Shown here piece by piece: positions 10,430 to 20,698 of a stretch of 64,000 bases of DNA. This stretch comes from Chitinophagales bacterium (GTDB lineage: Bacteria; Bacteroidota; Bacteroidia; Chitinophagales; JADJOU01). The position numbers were made by a program, and so were the translations under genes. Each line of letters begins with the position of its first letter. The first letter of the stretch is position 1. The stretch covers positions 5,515 to 69,514 of the forward strand of contig JALOMB010000002.1 in the NCBI GenBank assembly GCA_025455685.1, read 5' to 3'. The notes below the pieces were generated by a model. The model saw only the letters and a program-made list of their open reading frames with translations. It was not told where the DNA came from and ran no database searches.

Positions 10430-11371
10430 ATGATTCATAACGAAATCACGTCACTGTTTCAAATTGAAAAACCTATAGTTCAGGCGGGAATGATTTGGTG
10501 TAGTGGACACAAGTTAGCTTCAGCTATTTCTAATGCAGGGGGGTTGGGGTTACTCGGAGCAGGCTCCATGTATCCAGAAGTCTTAGAAGAACATATCGTG
10601 AAAACTAAATCAACTACGAGTAAGCCTTTTGGTGTAAATCTTCCTTTGCTATATCCAGATATTGACAAACATATTCAAACCATTATAAATCACAAGGTTC
10701 CTATCGTTTTCACCTCTGCAGGAAACCCTAAACTATATACACAGCAATTAAAAGATGCAGGCATTAAAGTTGTTCACGTAGTATCTTCCGTCAAATTCGC
10801 CTTAAAAGCTCAAGAAGCTGGAGTAGATGCTATTGTTGCTGAGGGTTTTGAAGCTGGAGGTCATAATGGTGCCGATGAAACCACTACGCTTTGCTTGATT
10901 CCTCATGTAGTAGATCACGTTAATATTCCTGTAATAGCTGCTGGAGGCATATCGTCGGGTAGGGCAATGGCTGCTTGCTTTTGTCTAGGCGCTCAAGCCG
11001 TACAAATAGGTTCAGCCTTTGTTATGAGTCATGAAAGCTCTGCGCATCATAATTTCAAAGATAAAATCATACAAGCCAATGAAGGCGATACCAAGCTTAT
11101 GCTTAAGTCTCTTACACCTGTTCGTTTGTTAAAAAATAATTTTTATCAACTTGTAGCACTTGCTGAAAAAAGAGGTGCAAGTGAAGATGAACTTAAAAAT
11201 ATTCTTGGTCGTGCACGTGCCAAAAAAGGCATGTTTGAAGGAGATATGATAGAAGGAGAACTAGAAATAGGTCAAGTCTCTGCTATGCTTCATGAGATTA
11301 AGCCTGCTGCCCAAATTTTTGAGGAAATTTATTCTGACTTCTTAGCTACGCTAAAAAAGAATTCTATATGA
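10430..11371 (+). CDS. NAD(P)H-dependent flavin oxidoreductase (nitronate monooxygenase / FabK-like family)
   Basis: PIVQAGM...GGLGLLGAG...VAEGFEAGGH...IPVIAAGGI motifs. ATG at 10430 is preferred over the listed 10373. Confidence 0.75.
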   Translation: MIHNEITSLFQIEKPIVQAGMIWCSGHKLASAISNAGGLGLLGAGSMYPEVLEEHIVKTKSTTSKPFGVNLPLLYPDIDKHIQTIINHKVPIVFTSAGNPKLYTQQLKDAGIKVVHVVSSVKFALKAQEAGVDAIVAEGFEAGGHNGADETTTLCLIPHVVDHVNIPVIAAGGISSGRAMAACFCLGAQAVQIGSAFVMSHESSAHHNFKDKIIQANEGDTKLMLKSLTPVRLLKNNFYQLVALAEKRGASEDELKNILGRARAKKGMFEGDMIEGELEIGQVSAMLHEIKPAAQIFEEIYSDFLATLKKNSI

Positions 11372-11736
11372 ACTTAACGCAAGCCTATAAGATTTTAGAG
11401 TCAAATGAAAGTATGGATATTGCTGAGATTAGAAGAAAATATAGAATTCTAGTCCTTAGGTATCACCCAGATAGAAATTCCGCTCCCAATGCCCATGAAA
11501 AATTTGTCGCGTTAAAGGATGCTTTTCAATTTGTTGAAAAATTTCACATCAAAAAACAATATACTCATTCTGATTTTGAACACAAAACCACTCAAAACAA
11601 AGCATATAAAGAAAAAATGAAGCAACGCATGCAAACGCAAAACAAAGAATCTGTTTTTGAAGGGTTTACCTGGAAACATATTTTAATTTTAGGCTTAATA
11701 TTTAGAATTTTATTACGATTAATTATTAAAAGATGA
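11368..11736 (+). CDS. J-domain (DnaJ-like) membrane-anchored protein
   Basis: J domain with the HPD motif (YRILVLRYHPDRN) and a C-terminal hydrophobic helix. Overlaps both neighbours by 4 nt. Confidence 0.7.
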   Translation: MNLTQAYKILESNESMDIAEIRRKYRILVLRYHPDRNSAPNAHEKFVALKDAFQFVEKFHIKKQYTHSDFEHKTTQNKAYKEKMKQRMQTQNKESVFEGFTWKHILILGLIFRILLRLIIKR

Positions 11737-12386
11737 ACAAAAATCACGTAATTTATATCTCAATTGTATCTTTAATCATTGGAGCAGGGTATTTTGCGAG
11801 TTTATACTTAAATTTAAATCATCGACCATTTGATTCAGGATTAAATTATTACGGTCCTGATGCGCAAAATGCAAAAAAATATGTGGTAAAACCATTTTCT
11901 TTGCTAAATCAAGACAGTCAAATAATACAAAAAGATTTTTTCGAAGGCTCCATTTGGGTTACAGAGTTTTTCTTTTCTACTTGTCAAGGTATTTGCCCAG
12001 TAATGAATAAAAATATGATTCGGGTACAAGATAGCTTTCGAGCAAATCCTTATTTTAAAATCTTATCACATACCGTAGACCCAGAATACGATAAGCCCTA
12101 CATACTTAAATCTTACAAAAAAATGCACAAGGGAGATTCATTGCAATGGCAATTTGTCACAGGATCTTCTACTATACTTTACGACTTAGCTAGAAGTTCT
12201 TATTTCATAGCGGGTCCTAGAGACAGTACTTTGGCCGAAGATTTTGTTCATTCACAATTGTTTTGCTTGATCGACCCTCATTTTCACATCAGAGGATACT
12301 ACGATGGGACTGATTCGGAAGAAGTCGCTAAACTAATTTCAGATATTAAATTACTTCAAAAAGAATTTCCTTATACCCTAAAATAA
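11733..12386 (+). CDS. SCO1/SenC family copper chaperone
   Basis: N-terminal TM helix and thioredoxin fold with the CQGICP (CxxxC) motif and a downstream His (SHTVDPEYD). Confidence 0.8.
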   Translation: MNKNHVIYISIVSLIIGAGYFASLYLNLNHRPFDSGLNYYGPDAQNAKKYVVKPFSLLNQDSQIIQKDFFEGSIWVTEFFFSTCQGICPVMNKNMIRVQDSFRANPYFKILSHTVDPEYDKPYILKSYKKMHKGDSLQWQFVTGSSTILYDLARSSYFIAGPRDSTLAEDFVHSQLFCLIDPHFHIRGYYDGTDSEEVAKLISDIKLLQKEFPYTLK

Positions 12387-12390
12387 ATCG

Positions 12391-12846
12391 CTAATCCTTT
12401 TGGCTGCACTCTTGACAAATGCCCTGAAATAAAAAATCACTATTTTCAATTTGGCAGTTAAGACTTTTTTCTATTGATTTCTGAATTAAATATACACGAA
12501 TGTCACAAAACTCAATGATTTTTTGACATGATTTACATACAAAATGGCCATGATTTTGATTGCCAATATTTCTTTCATAGATATTAGATTTGCCTAGAAA
12601 ATTATTTTTTCTAATGATGCCACATTGTTCGAAAAGCTCAATGTTGTTATAAATAGTGGCTTTGGATATTGAAATTTTTTTATTGACACTTTGATAAATA
12701 TGTTCTACATCGATATGCTGATCGGAATTATAGATCTCTTCCAATATTATTTTTCGCTCTGAAGTGTATCGCAATCCCTTTTCTTTGATGTATTGCTGAA
12801 GTAGCTCCAAAGATTTATTGAAATGATTGACTTTAGAATCAGTCAT
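12391..12846 (-). CDS. Fur family transcriptional regulator
   Basis: Winged-helix N-terminus (RYTSERKIILEEI), HGHFVC, and two CxxC pairs (CKSC, CQEC). Confidence 0.85.
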   Translation of the reverse strand: MTDSKVNHFNKSLELLQQYIKEKGLRYTSERKIILEEIYNSDQHIDVEHIYQSVNKKISISKATIYNNIELFEQCGIIRKNNFLGKSNIYERNIGNQNHGHFVCKSCQKIIEFCDIRVYLIQKSIEKSLNCQIENSDFLFQGICQECSQKD

Positions 12847-12850
12847 TTAA

Positions 12851-13975
12851 CTAAAAATGTGTTTTTTTAGAGTGTAATACATCACCTTCAAGATTATAGA
12901 TTTGCAAGAAGCCAGTTTTATTCCATAAGTGTTGCGGAATAGAAAATTGCTGCGCTTGAATTTCACCTAAATTGTATATTCGACCTGAAATATCAACTAT
13001 TTTAACTTTATAAATTTGTTGATTAGCGTTTACGATTTGAAAGAAGTGATTACCTTTGGAAATAATATCAATTCCTTGTTCTTCCTCTAAAACAATTCGG
13101 GCGTTCTTGCCTACAGCCGCTTTATCAAAAGCATTATATGAAGTGCCTGTTTCATCTAAGTAGCCAATAGCTATTTCTCCAATATGGGTTGGCGTGTAAA
13201 AATTATGCGTTGTTTGTGATGTGTTTTCTATAGGCAATTGATCTTGAATTAAGTCAGTTACGTCATAGCTAAATGGCAGCTTAAAAAAGCCAAGATTAGC
13301 TTGAATATGGGCTATTATTCTATACGTTAAATTTACTTTTCGTTCAATTTGTATCACATCTGAGGTGAATTGAGCATTCATTTTAATTTTTCCCCAGCCG
13401 ATCGATTTATCATTGATGTTCATCCTTAAAACAATTTGAATAGAATCCAGTTCTATAGTTGCATTTTGCGCTACAGAAGGTAGCAAAGGTTTTGCTAATG
13501 CGTTAATCAAAGAATCTATATTGATTTCAGGAGGGAATTCACTCTTCAAAATAGAAAATTTACCAGAATCAGTTGATGAGAGATTAGTCGTGGAAATGAC
13601 ATTTTTAGGTAAATAAGGCAATTTATTATTAAACAAAATGACTTTATTAAAAGGCTCAATTGCTGCAGAAATTTGATTAAGCATTAGTCCTGAGCTGCTT
13701 TCCTTTAAAAAAACTTCTTGGCCTTGCTGATTCAGTTTTAGGGTGTTGTTTGGGCCAGCACTATAGCTAACTTCATAAGAATCTATTGAATCCAAATTGG
13801 AAAAATCAAAAGTTTTATTATTTCCATTAATTACTTGAAGGTTAAGTGCATTACAATTGATGTACCGTTGAGAATATCCAGCAGTAGGCATATTTCTAGA
13901 TGCGATTTGCTGCGCATACGTACTAACGGTAGTTATTATAGCACTAATGATTATGATTGAAACAAGTTTTTTCAT
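12851..13975 (-). CDS. secreted hypothetical protein with probable T9SS C-terminal sorting domain
   Basis: Signal peptide from ATG 13975 (MKKLVSIIIISAIITTVSTYAQQ); the listed start 13996 is TTG. The C-terminal 70 aa (KVKIVDISGRIY...FLQIYNLEGDVLHSKK) resemble a T9SS CTD. Confidence 0.5.
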   Translation of the reverse strand: MKKLVSIIIISAIITTVSTYAQQIASRNMPTAGYSQRYINCNALNLQVINGNNKTFDFSNLDSIDSYEVSYSAGPNNTLKLNQQGQEVFLKESSSGLMLNQISAAIEPFNKVILFNNKLPYLPKNVISTTNLSSTDSGKFSILKSEFPPEINIDSLINALAKPLLPSVAQNATIELDSIQIVLRMNINDKSIGWGKIKMNAQFTSDVIQIERKVNLTYRIIAHIQANLGFFKLPFSYDVTDLIQDQLPIENTSQTTHNFYTPTHIGEIAIGYLDETGTSYNAFDKAAVGKNARIVLEEEQGIDIISKGNHFFQIVNANQQIYKVKIVDISGRIYNLGEIQAQQFSIPQHLWNKTGFLQIYNLEGDVLHSKKTHF

Positions 13976-14026
13976 AGAATTATATTTAAAAAACAAAAAT
14001 ACAAAAAAAAATATATAAAGTAAGAT

Positions 14027-14905
14027 TTAATCTAACTGAATTAATTCATTTCTTAATTTAATTTTTAATTCTTCCGAACCCTTTACCAAAGGAAGCCTTA
14101 CGAATTCTGTACATAAACTCTTCAAAGACATAGCTAATTTAATACCGACAGGATTTCCTTCTTCAAAAAGAAAATCAACAATTCTTTTAGTTTTTAGTTG
14201 CGTTACTCTTGCTTCATCATATTTGTTTTCATGACATAGCGCAATCATTTTAGAGAATTCTGAAGGAAGCAGGTTTCCAATCACTGAAATACAACCATTC
14301 ATACCAATCGCCATTTGTGATACGATTAAGGAGTCGTCTCCACTAAGTACTAAGAAGTCTTTAGGTTTATCATAAACCAAATCCATGCATTGTTCAATAT
14401 TGCCACTCGCCTCTTTTATCGCCACTATTTTATCAATTTCACGTGCGAGCCTTAAAGTAGTCTCTGCTTTCATATTGACGCCTGTTCTACCAGGAACATT
14501 ATAAAGTATTATAGGTAAAGGAGAAGCTTTGGCAATTGTTTTATAGTGTTGATATATACCTTCTTGATTCGGTTTACTATAGTAAGGACATACACTTAGA
14601 ATATAATGATATTTTTTGAGGTTAAATTTTTTTAGCTCATCTATTGTTTGTAGCGTATTATTGCCACCAATACCTGCCACCAAAGTTACGGAATCATTTG
14701 CGTTTTCAGCTACGAAGTCAAACACATCTTGTTTTTCAGTTTCAGTTAGTGTAGCTGCTTCTCCTGTCGTACCCAAAACAACTAATGAGGTGACATTTCC
14801 TAAAATACAATGATTAATAATTTTTTTTAAACTTGGAAAATCTATTTTCCCTTCTTTTGTAAAAGGAGTTACTAAGGCGACGCCCAATCCATTTAATGCT
14901 TTCAT
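14027..14905 (-). CDS. dapA: 4-hydroxy-tetrahydrodipicolinate synthase
   Basis: GVALVTPF...VVLGTTGEA...YNVPGRTG...IKEASG motifs with the catalytic Lys. Confidence 0.9.
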   Translation of the reverse strand: MKALNGLGVALVTPFTKEGKIDFPSLKKIINHCILGNVTSLVVLGTTGEAATLTETEKQDVFDFVAENANDSVTLVAGIGGNNTLQTIDELKKFNLKKYHYILSVCPYYSKPNQEGIYQHYKTIAKASPLPIILYNVPGRTGVNMKAETTLRLAREIDKIVAIKEASGNIEQCMDLVYDKPKDFLVLSGDDSLIVSQMAIGMNGCISVIGNLLPSEFSKMIALCHENKYDEARVTQLKTKRIVDFLFEEGNPVGIKLAMSLKSLCTEFVRLPLVKGSEELKIKLRNELIQLD

Positions 14906-14926
14906 AGCTTCTGTTGATATAATGTT

Positions 14927-15463
14927 TTAAATTTTATTCGACTTGTTTATTTTGTTTAAAAAATCATTGATTGATTCAAGCAAAGTCATGAAACTCTTGT
15001 TTCTTGATGTATTTAGCGATATATCAAAGTAATTTGTATTCGAAAACAAGGGTCCAATTTTTAATTTTGCTTTACTTAGCGCTACAACGGTGCTAAGCGG
15101 AGAGTCTTCATCCAAAAATAAACCATAGAGCACGTCGAAATCTTTATTGAGAAACACTTGTAAACTTTTTTTATCTGGAAAATCAAACCAATTTAGATTT
15201 TTATTAGAAATTAAAAAATCTTCGGTCTTTTCATCTTTGGTATCTACATAACCAAAAATTTCAATTTTTTTGTTTTGTTGAATAAATCGCTCTCTGAATT
15301 TCGTTACTTCTACGATATTATTGTAATTAGATGCATCAAAAAGAATTCCGATACTTTGTATTTTTTGGAAGTTTTTCAACTCAACTTGACGCTTCAAAGA
15401 ATATTCATTCATTTTTTTTTCTAAAAAATACTTTTTTACTTTTCGATATATGTTTTCAACCAT
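14927..15463 (-). CDS. hypothetical protein
   Basis: 178-codon ORF packed between accA and dapA on the same strand. No motif recognised. Confidence 0.5.
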   Translation of the reverse strand: MVENIYRKVKKYFLEKKMNEYSLKRQVELKNFQKIQSIGILFDASNYNNIVEVTKFRERFIQQNKKIEIFGYVDTKDEKTEDFLISNKNLNWFDFPDKKSLQVFLNKDFDVLYGLFLDEDSPLSTVVALSKAKLKIGPLFSNTNYFDISLNTSRNKSFMTLLESINDFLNKINKSNKI

Positions 15464-15464
15464 A

Positions 15465-16442
15465 TTATAACTCTATTGAAGTTGACATTTGATTATATTT
15501 TTCTATTCTATTTTGAATTCTATCTTCAGCAGCTACTTTTTTCAATTGAGCGATTTGGTCTAGAATATGATTCTTTAGCGTATGAGCCATTACATCAGGC
15601 TCATAATGAGCGCCTCCACACGGCTCTTCTAATATACCGTCTATTATTTTGTTGTCGAAATTATCTTTAGCCGTAAGCTTTAGTTGTTCCGCTGCTTTTT
15701 CTTTGTGCTCCCAACTTCTCCACAATATTGAAGAGCATGATTCCGGTGAAATAACTGTGTACCATGTGTTTTCTAACATATAGGTTTTGTCGCCTAATCC
15801 AATACCTAAAGCGCCTCCGGATGCTCCCTCTCCAATAATGTAATTTATAATGGGCACTTTGAGATTGATCATTTCAAAAAGATTTCTGGCAATAGCCTCT
15901 GCCTGACCACGCTCTTCTGCTTCTATACCAGGAAATGCTCCTGGGGTATCTATTAACGTAACTATCGGTATATTAAACTTTTCAGCGAGCTTCATAGCTC
16001 TTAAAGCCTTTCGGTATCCCTCTGGATTAGGCATGCCAAAATTTCTAAATTGTCTCATTTTGGTGTTGATGCCTTTTTGATGGCCTATCATCATTATTGA
16101 TTGACCTTCAATTTTAGTCAAGAAGCACACAATCGCTTTATCGTCATGAATATTGCGATCACCAAAAATTTCTTGTGATTCATTTGAAATTTTTTCGATA
16201 TAAAAGAGCGTATAGGGTCGATTTGGATGCCTAGATAGCTGAACTCTTTGCCATGGATTGAGTTGATCTGTAATTTGCTTCTTGGTCTTTATGAGTTTAT
16301 CTTCCAAAGATTTAATTTGTTCGCTCATATCTACTTGAGTCTTGTCAGCGATTTTAATTACGTCTTGAATTTGTTCACAAATTTCTTTGATCGGTGCTTC
16401 AAAGTCTAAATAAACGAATTCATTGTTTTGGTCTGTACTCAT
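15465..16442 (-). CDS. accA: acetyl-CoA carboxylase carboxyltransferase subunit alpha
   Basis: RHPNRPYTL...IVTLIDTPGAFPG..AEERGQAEAIA...IGEGASGGALG motifs. Confidence 0.92.
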   Translation of the reverse strand: MSTDQNNEFVYLDFEAPIKEICEQIQDVIKIADKTQVDMSEQIKSLEDKLIKTKKQITDQLNPWQRVQLSRHPNRPYTLFYIEKISNESQEIFGDRNIHDDKAIVCFLTKIEGQSIMMIGHQKGINTKMRQFRNFGMPNPEGYRKALRAMKLAEKFNIPIVTLIDTPGAFPGIEAEERGQAEAIARNLFEMINLKVPIINYIIGEGASGGALGIGLGDKTYMLENTWYTVISPESCSSILWRSWEHKEKAAEQLKLTAKDNFDNKIIDGILEEPCGGAHYEPDVMAHTLKNHILDQIAQLKKVAAEDRIQNRIEKYNQMSTSIEL

Positions 16443-16615
16443 AGCATTGATTCTGAATTTTATTAGTTAGCAAAAATAATAAAAAAAACGAGAACCCACA
16501 GTTTAATTTTTTGTGTACAAAATAAAAGTCAGAATTTATAAGCGTGAATATCAAAGCTTTAAACAATTAGTTTAAAAAAAACTGGTTTTTTAATTTAATA
16601 ATAATTTTTTTTTGT

Positions 16616-16623
16616 TATCTTTG
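16616..16623 (+). promoter_or_regulatory. -7 promoter box TAtcTTTG(CAA) for tRNA-Asp
   Basis: TAnnTTTG motif ending 15 nt before the tRNA 5' end. The same TTATCTTTGCAA string precedes the tRNA-fMet gene. Confidence 0.55.
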
Positions 16624-16638
16624 CAACCTCAAATGAGA

Positions 16639-16712
16639 GGATTGGTAGTTCAGTTGGTTAGAATACATGCCTGTCACGCATGGGGTCGCGGGTTCGAGTC
16701 CCGTCCAGTCCG
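16639..16712 (+). tRNA. tRNA-Asp (anticodon GTC)
   Basis: Hand-folded cloverleaf: acceptor GGATTGG/CCAGTCC, anticodon arm CATGC-CTGTCAC-GCATG, T arm GCGGG-TTCGAGT-CCCGT. Close to E. coli tRNA-Asp. CCA is not encoded. Confidence 0.93.
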
Positions 16713-16726
16713 CAAGAAATGAAAAA

Positions 16727-16756
16727 AAAACTCACTTTTAAAAAGTGAGTTTTTTT
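16727..16756 (+). terminator. rho-independent terminator after tRNA-Asp
   Basis: 12-bp stem AAAACTCACTTT/AAAGTGAGTTTT with a 3-nt loop, followed by a T-run. Confidence 0.7.
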
Positions 16757-16774
16757 CATTTAAAAAAAAATGTT

Positions 16775-16782
16775 TATCTTTG
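16775..16782 (+). promoter_or_regulatory. -7 promoter box TAtcTTTG for the lipoprotein gene at 16802
   Basis: TAnnTTTG motif 19 nt before the ATG at 16802. Confidence 0.5.
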
Positions 16783-16801
16783 CATTAAATTTAATCATTA
16801 T

Positions 16802-17263
16802 ATGAAATCTTTTATCGTAAGCTTTATCTTAGTTTCTATTTTTTTGACTTCATGTGATCAGTCTGAGTACTTCTATAATCCTGAAGTTGTCGAGCCTAAT
16901 CAGAATTACAATATTACTCATTTTATCAACAATATAATTAGCTATAATGAAAGGAAAACGGAAAGTCTAGAGACCAAAGAAAATAATGATACTATTTATA
17001 TCAAAAGAACTTTTATTACTGATAAACGCTCTGAAATGATTTGCAAACCTTATGTAATCAACGGTAATCATGTTGAGATTGATTATATCGACACCTCTAC
17101 GAAATTAAAAATAAATGAAGATAGAACATTTGAAATTACCTCATTGTTTTTAATTAAAAAAAGAGGAACGGGTACTGGAAATAGAATCAAACTTATTTCG
17201 AATTTTCGTTATCCTTCGGGTTTAAATGTAAATTCTACGGATACTACATTTCTTTCATTCTAA
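16802..17263 (+). CDS. hypothetical lipoprotein
   Basis: ATG at 16802 gives MKSFIVSFILVSIFLTSC (lipobox). The listed GTG start at 16745 lies inside the tRNA terminator hairpin and upstream of the promoter box. Confidence 0.6.
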   Translation: MKSFIVSFILVSIFLTSCDQSEYFYNPEVVEPNQNYNITHFINNIISYNERKTESLETKENNDTIYIKRTFITDKRSEMICKPYVINGNHVEIDYIDTSTKLKINEDRTFEITSLFLIKKRGTGTGNRIKLISNFRYPSGLNVNSTDTTFLSF

Positions 17264-17279
17264 GGTTTCCCCTTAGCGC

Positions 17280-18806
17280 ATGAATTTTAACTTGCTATTT
17301 ATCTTTTTAGGCGTTATTTTTAGTGCCTTTATGATTTTAAGCGTTTATCGCATTAATAAAAATACGCATCCTAAAGTGCTATGGTTGTTGTTTTTTACTG
17401 AAATGTGGGAGCGCTTTAGTTTCTATGGAATGCGCGCTTTGCTTATCATGTATTTAACCAAAATTATGCTAATGCAAGATAAGGAAGCCAATATGCTCTA
17501 TGCTTCATATAATGCCTTGGTCTATACTTTTCCTATGTTTGGCGGTTGGATTGCAGATAATTTTTTAGGTTATCGAAAAACTATTATTTTAGGAGGCACT
17601 TTGATGTGCTTGGGACATTTTTCATTAGCTTTTGATGATTATTTTTTTTTAGGATTGTCACTTTTGATTTTAGGAAATGGTTTTTTTAAACCCAATATCT
17701 CATCATTGCTAGGTAGCTTTTATGAAAAGAACGACCTGAGAAAGGATAGCGCATATTCTATTTTCTATATGGGTGTAAACATCGGTGCTTTCTTAGGCTC
17801 AATGGCTTGTGGATATTTAGGTGGAATTGGGAAATGGCACTATGGTTTTGGTTTGGCTGGCTTGTTTATGTTTTTAGGCTTGATTGTGTTTGTATTGCTT
17901 AGAGATATGCTTCAAGAAGAAGGTCATGAACCAAATGAACTCAGCAATCAAGTTCATTTTGGACTCAAAAGCGCTTATTGGTTTTATTTGAGCATGATTC
18001 CAATTTTGTTCTTAGTGTATCATCTCAATAAAATTTATGAACTCACTACAATTATTCTAATCCCTTTTGGATTACTAACGCTTATATACTTTTTGGTAAT
18101 AAGCTATAGAATGAAAGCTTTGGAAAGAAATAAATTTCTAACGGCAATAGTTTTAACTTTATGCTCAGTGGTATTTTTTGGTATTTTCGAACAGTCTGGA
18201 GGGTCACTCAATTTAATGGCTTCCCGAAATGTGGATTTTAATTTTTTAGGTACGACTTTAGAGTCCACTATGATGAACAATAGCATTAACCCTTTTTATA
18301 TTGTACTGTTAACTCCTTTTTTAGACATCATATTTAGACGCCTAGCTAAAAATGGAAAAAATCTTTCAATTCCGTTGAAATTTTCGTTGTCTTTTTTGAT
18401 CATGGCTATTGGATATTCATTTTTCTATTTCGGTGCCTATTTAAATTTGTCGAGTGGTATGATTCCTTTAGGATATTTTATGTTGGCTTATTTATTTATT
18501 ACGATTAGCGAACTTTTTATATCACCTATAGGACTAAGTATGATATCAAAACTTGTCCCAACCAAGATGGTTGCTTTGATGATGGGATTTTGGTTCCTCG
18601 CTTCGGCTATTGGTCATAAATTTGCAGGATATATTGGTACTAAAATGTCTATTCAAAATTTTGACGCAGCTCATTATAATCCAATAGAAACCCTACCTAT
18701 TTATGTTCAAGGCTTACAATTCATCATTATTTTAGCTTTATCCGTATTTGCTTTTACCTTTATCATTAAAGGTATATTGGAGAAACAAATTAAAGACAAT
18801 AATTAA
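17280..18806 (+). CDS. proton-dependent oligopeptide transporter (POT/PTR2 family MFS)
   Basis: PTR2 signature FTEMWERFSFYGMRALL, GGWIADNFLGYRKTI, and about 14 TM helices. Confidence 0.87.
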   Translation: MNFNLLFIFLGVIFSAFMILSVYRINKNTHPKVLWLLFFTEMWERFSFYGMRALLIMYLTKIMLMQDKEANMLYASYNALVYTFPMFGGWIADNFLGYRKTIILGGTLMCLGHFSLAFDDYFFLGLSLLILGNGFFKPNISSLLGSFYEKNDLRKDSAYSIFYMGVNIGAFLGSMACGYLGGIGKWHYGFGLAGLFMFLGLIVFVLLRDMLQEEGHEPNELSNQVHFGLKSAYWFYLSMIPILFLVYHLNKIYELTTIILIPFGLLTLIYFLVISYRMKALERNKFLTAIVLTLCSVVFFGIFEQSGGSLNLMASRNVDFNFLGTTLESTMMNNSINPFYIVLLTPFLDIIFRRLAKNGKNLSIPLKFSLSFLIMAIGYSFFYFGAYLNLSSGMIPLGYFMLAYLFITISELFISPIGLSMISKLVPTKMVALMMGFWFLASAIGHKFAGYIGTKMSIQNFDAAHYNPIETLPIYVQGLQFIIILALSVFAFTFIIKGILEKQIKDNN

Positions 18807-18815
18807 TTTCAAACT

Positions 18816-19475
18816 ATGAAAAATTATAAATTATTAGAATTTTGGGTACGAAATAGGCTTTGGATTTCAGCTTTACTCATCATTTCGGGAATTCTATGGG
18901 GCGTGATGGATTCATGGGTATTTGCATGGATACTTGTATTTATAGGAGTAGTCGTAATTTTGGCGCATTTTTTCATTGGACCCATTGTATTGATTCAAAA
19001 ATTATTTGAAATAGGGGCAATGGATAGAGCCCAAAGCATCATAAATACGGTGAAGTTTCCTAATCTACTCATCAAGCAAGTACGTTCAATTTTTTATTTC
19101 GTACAATCAAACATGGCTATATCTAACAATGATTTTTCTCAGGCTGAGGCAATGATCAAAGAATCCACTAAATTAGGAATGCCAACAGCAGATATGGATG
19201 CTATGGCAGCTTTCCAACACGGATCCATTTACTTTAAACAAGGCTCCTACAAAGAAGCTATTCCTAAACTTAAAAGTGCCATTCAAAAAGGTCTCTCTGA
19301 CAAAGATGCCTTGGCAGGTGCTCACATGATGCTTTGTAACATTTATATCCAAAGAAAAGAAAACAAATTGGCTAAACTTCATTTTCGAAATGCTAAGGCT
19401 GCTAAGCCCTCAAATCCAGATATCAAAAGTCAATTGAAACAAATTGAGTCTTATATTTCTCGAATCCCTGGTTAA
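18816..19475 (+). CDS. membrane protein with TPR-like C-terminal domain
   Basis: Two N-terminal TM helices followed by TPR-like repeats (GSYKEAIPKLKSAIQ...). Confidence 0.45.
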   Translation: MKNYKLLEFWVRNRLWISALLIISGILWGVMDSWVFAWILVFIGVVVILAHFFIGPIVLIQKLFEIGAMDRAQSIINTVKFPNLLIKQVRSIFYFVQSNMAISNNDFSQAEAMIKESTKLGMPTADMDAMAAFQHGSIYFKQGSYKEAIPKLKSAIQKGLSDKDALAGAHMMLCNIYIQRKENKLAKLHFRNAKAAKPSNPDIKSQLKQIESYISRIPG

Positions 19476-20698
19476 TGACTCAAATTAGAAAAATTATCAA
19501 TGATCCACTTTATGGATTTATTGATGTGTATAATGACTTTATACTTTCATTAATTAATGATCCTTTATTTCAGCGTTTACGACATATTCAGCAGTTAAGC
19601 TTGTCTGCTATGGTTTATCCGGGTGCTGTTCACACTAGGTTTCATCACTCTCTAGGAGTCATGTATTTAATGCAGTTGTGCTTAGATGAGTTAAGAAGAA
19701 AATCAATTGAAATTAGTGAGCTAGAGTATGAAAGCGCCTTAATCGTAGCTTTGCTTCATGATGTCGGACATGGACCATATTCTCATACTTTAGAGCATTC
19801 TTTAATCAAAGAATTTCATCATGAAGAGCTTTCCCTTTATGTTATGAAACAACTCAATGAAAAACATCAAGGAAGATTGGATACCGCGATTGCTATTTTT
19901 GAAAATTCATACCATAGAAAATTTTTTTATCAATTAATTTCCGGTGCTATAGATGTAGATAGAATGGATTATTTAAATAGGGATTCTTTTTATAGTGGAG
20001 TAGTAGAGGGTTCTATTTCGGTTCATAGATTAATCAAAATGATCCATGTATCAAACGACCAAATTTGTTTTGAAGAAAAAGGTGTTTTGAGTATAGAGAA
20101 TTTTTTCTTTTCTCGCAAAATCATGTATTTACAAGTTTATTTGCATAAAACCGTTGTCGGCTTAGAAGAGTTGATGATTTTGTTATTTTCCTACTTGACG
20201 AACCATATTGAAACCTTTCCTGAATCATTTATATCCAAACATAAGGTTTTGCAGCTTTTGTCTTATTCTAACAATAAAGAAAAAACACCTGATTTGATTC
20301 AAACTATGATTCACTTGTTTTTTGAGCTTGATGATAGCGATGTATGGTATCTAATCAAAGATCTTTCGTCATTTGAGCACGATTCAATTGCATGCTATTT
20401 GAGTCAATGTATCAGAAATCGAAAAATATATAAATCGATTAAGAATCCTAATGAAGCGCTTAGAAAAGAGCTTTACGAAGGTTTGAATTTAAGTGAAACA
20501 GACCCCAAAATCAAGCCTTATCTATTAATAGAGAAATCTATTTTGTTTCACTTGTATGACCACAAACAACCTACTTTTATTAAATTTAAAGACAATAGTT
20601 TAATTCCCTTCGAACAACATGATTTAATGCGAGAAAAACAGTGGAAAAACGAGGTGTATCCCTTGTCTTATTTGTATTATCAACCGAAATTGAAGTAA
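19475..20698 (+). CDS. HD-domain phosphohydrolase, SAMHD1/dNTP triphosphohydrolase-like
   Basis: FQRLRHIQQL...HTRFHHSLGV...LLHDVGHGPYSH...IDVDRMDYLNRDSFYSG motifs. The start overlaps the upstream stop (TAATG). Confidence 0.75.
   Translation: MTQIRKIINDPLYGFIDVYNDFILSLINDPLFQRLRHIQQLSLSAMVYPGAVHTRFHHSLGVMYLMQLCLDELRRKSIEISELEYESALIVALLHDVGHGPYSHTLEHSLIKEFHHEELSLYVMKQLNEKHQGRLDTAIAIFENSYHRKFFYQLISGAIDVDRMDYLNRDSFYSGVVEGSISVHRLIKMIHVSNDQICFEEKGVLSIENFFFSRKIMYLQVYLHKTVVGLEELMILLFSYLTNHIETFPESFISKHKVLQLLSYSNNKEKTPDLIQTMIHLFFELDDSDVWYLIKDLSSFEHDSIACYLSQCIRNRKIYKSIKNPNEALRKELYEGLNLSETDPKIKPYLLIEKSILFHLYDHKQPTFIKFKDNSLIPFEQHDLMREKQWKNEVYPLSYLYYQPKLK

Noticed and set aside
10328-10438. N-terminal extensions implied by the ORF-track starts. 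Examples: 10438, 10373, 16745, 30507, 32589, 35913, 40356, 50805, 54909, 55007, 61647, 3604, 13996.
   Set aside because: Most of these use TTG or GTG; others (10438, 10373, 32589, 35913, 55007) are upstream in-frame ATGs. They run into promoter boxes, terminator hairpins or neighbouring genes. A downstream ATG gives a canonical N-terminus or signal peptide in each case.
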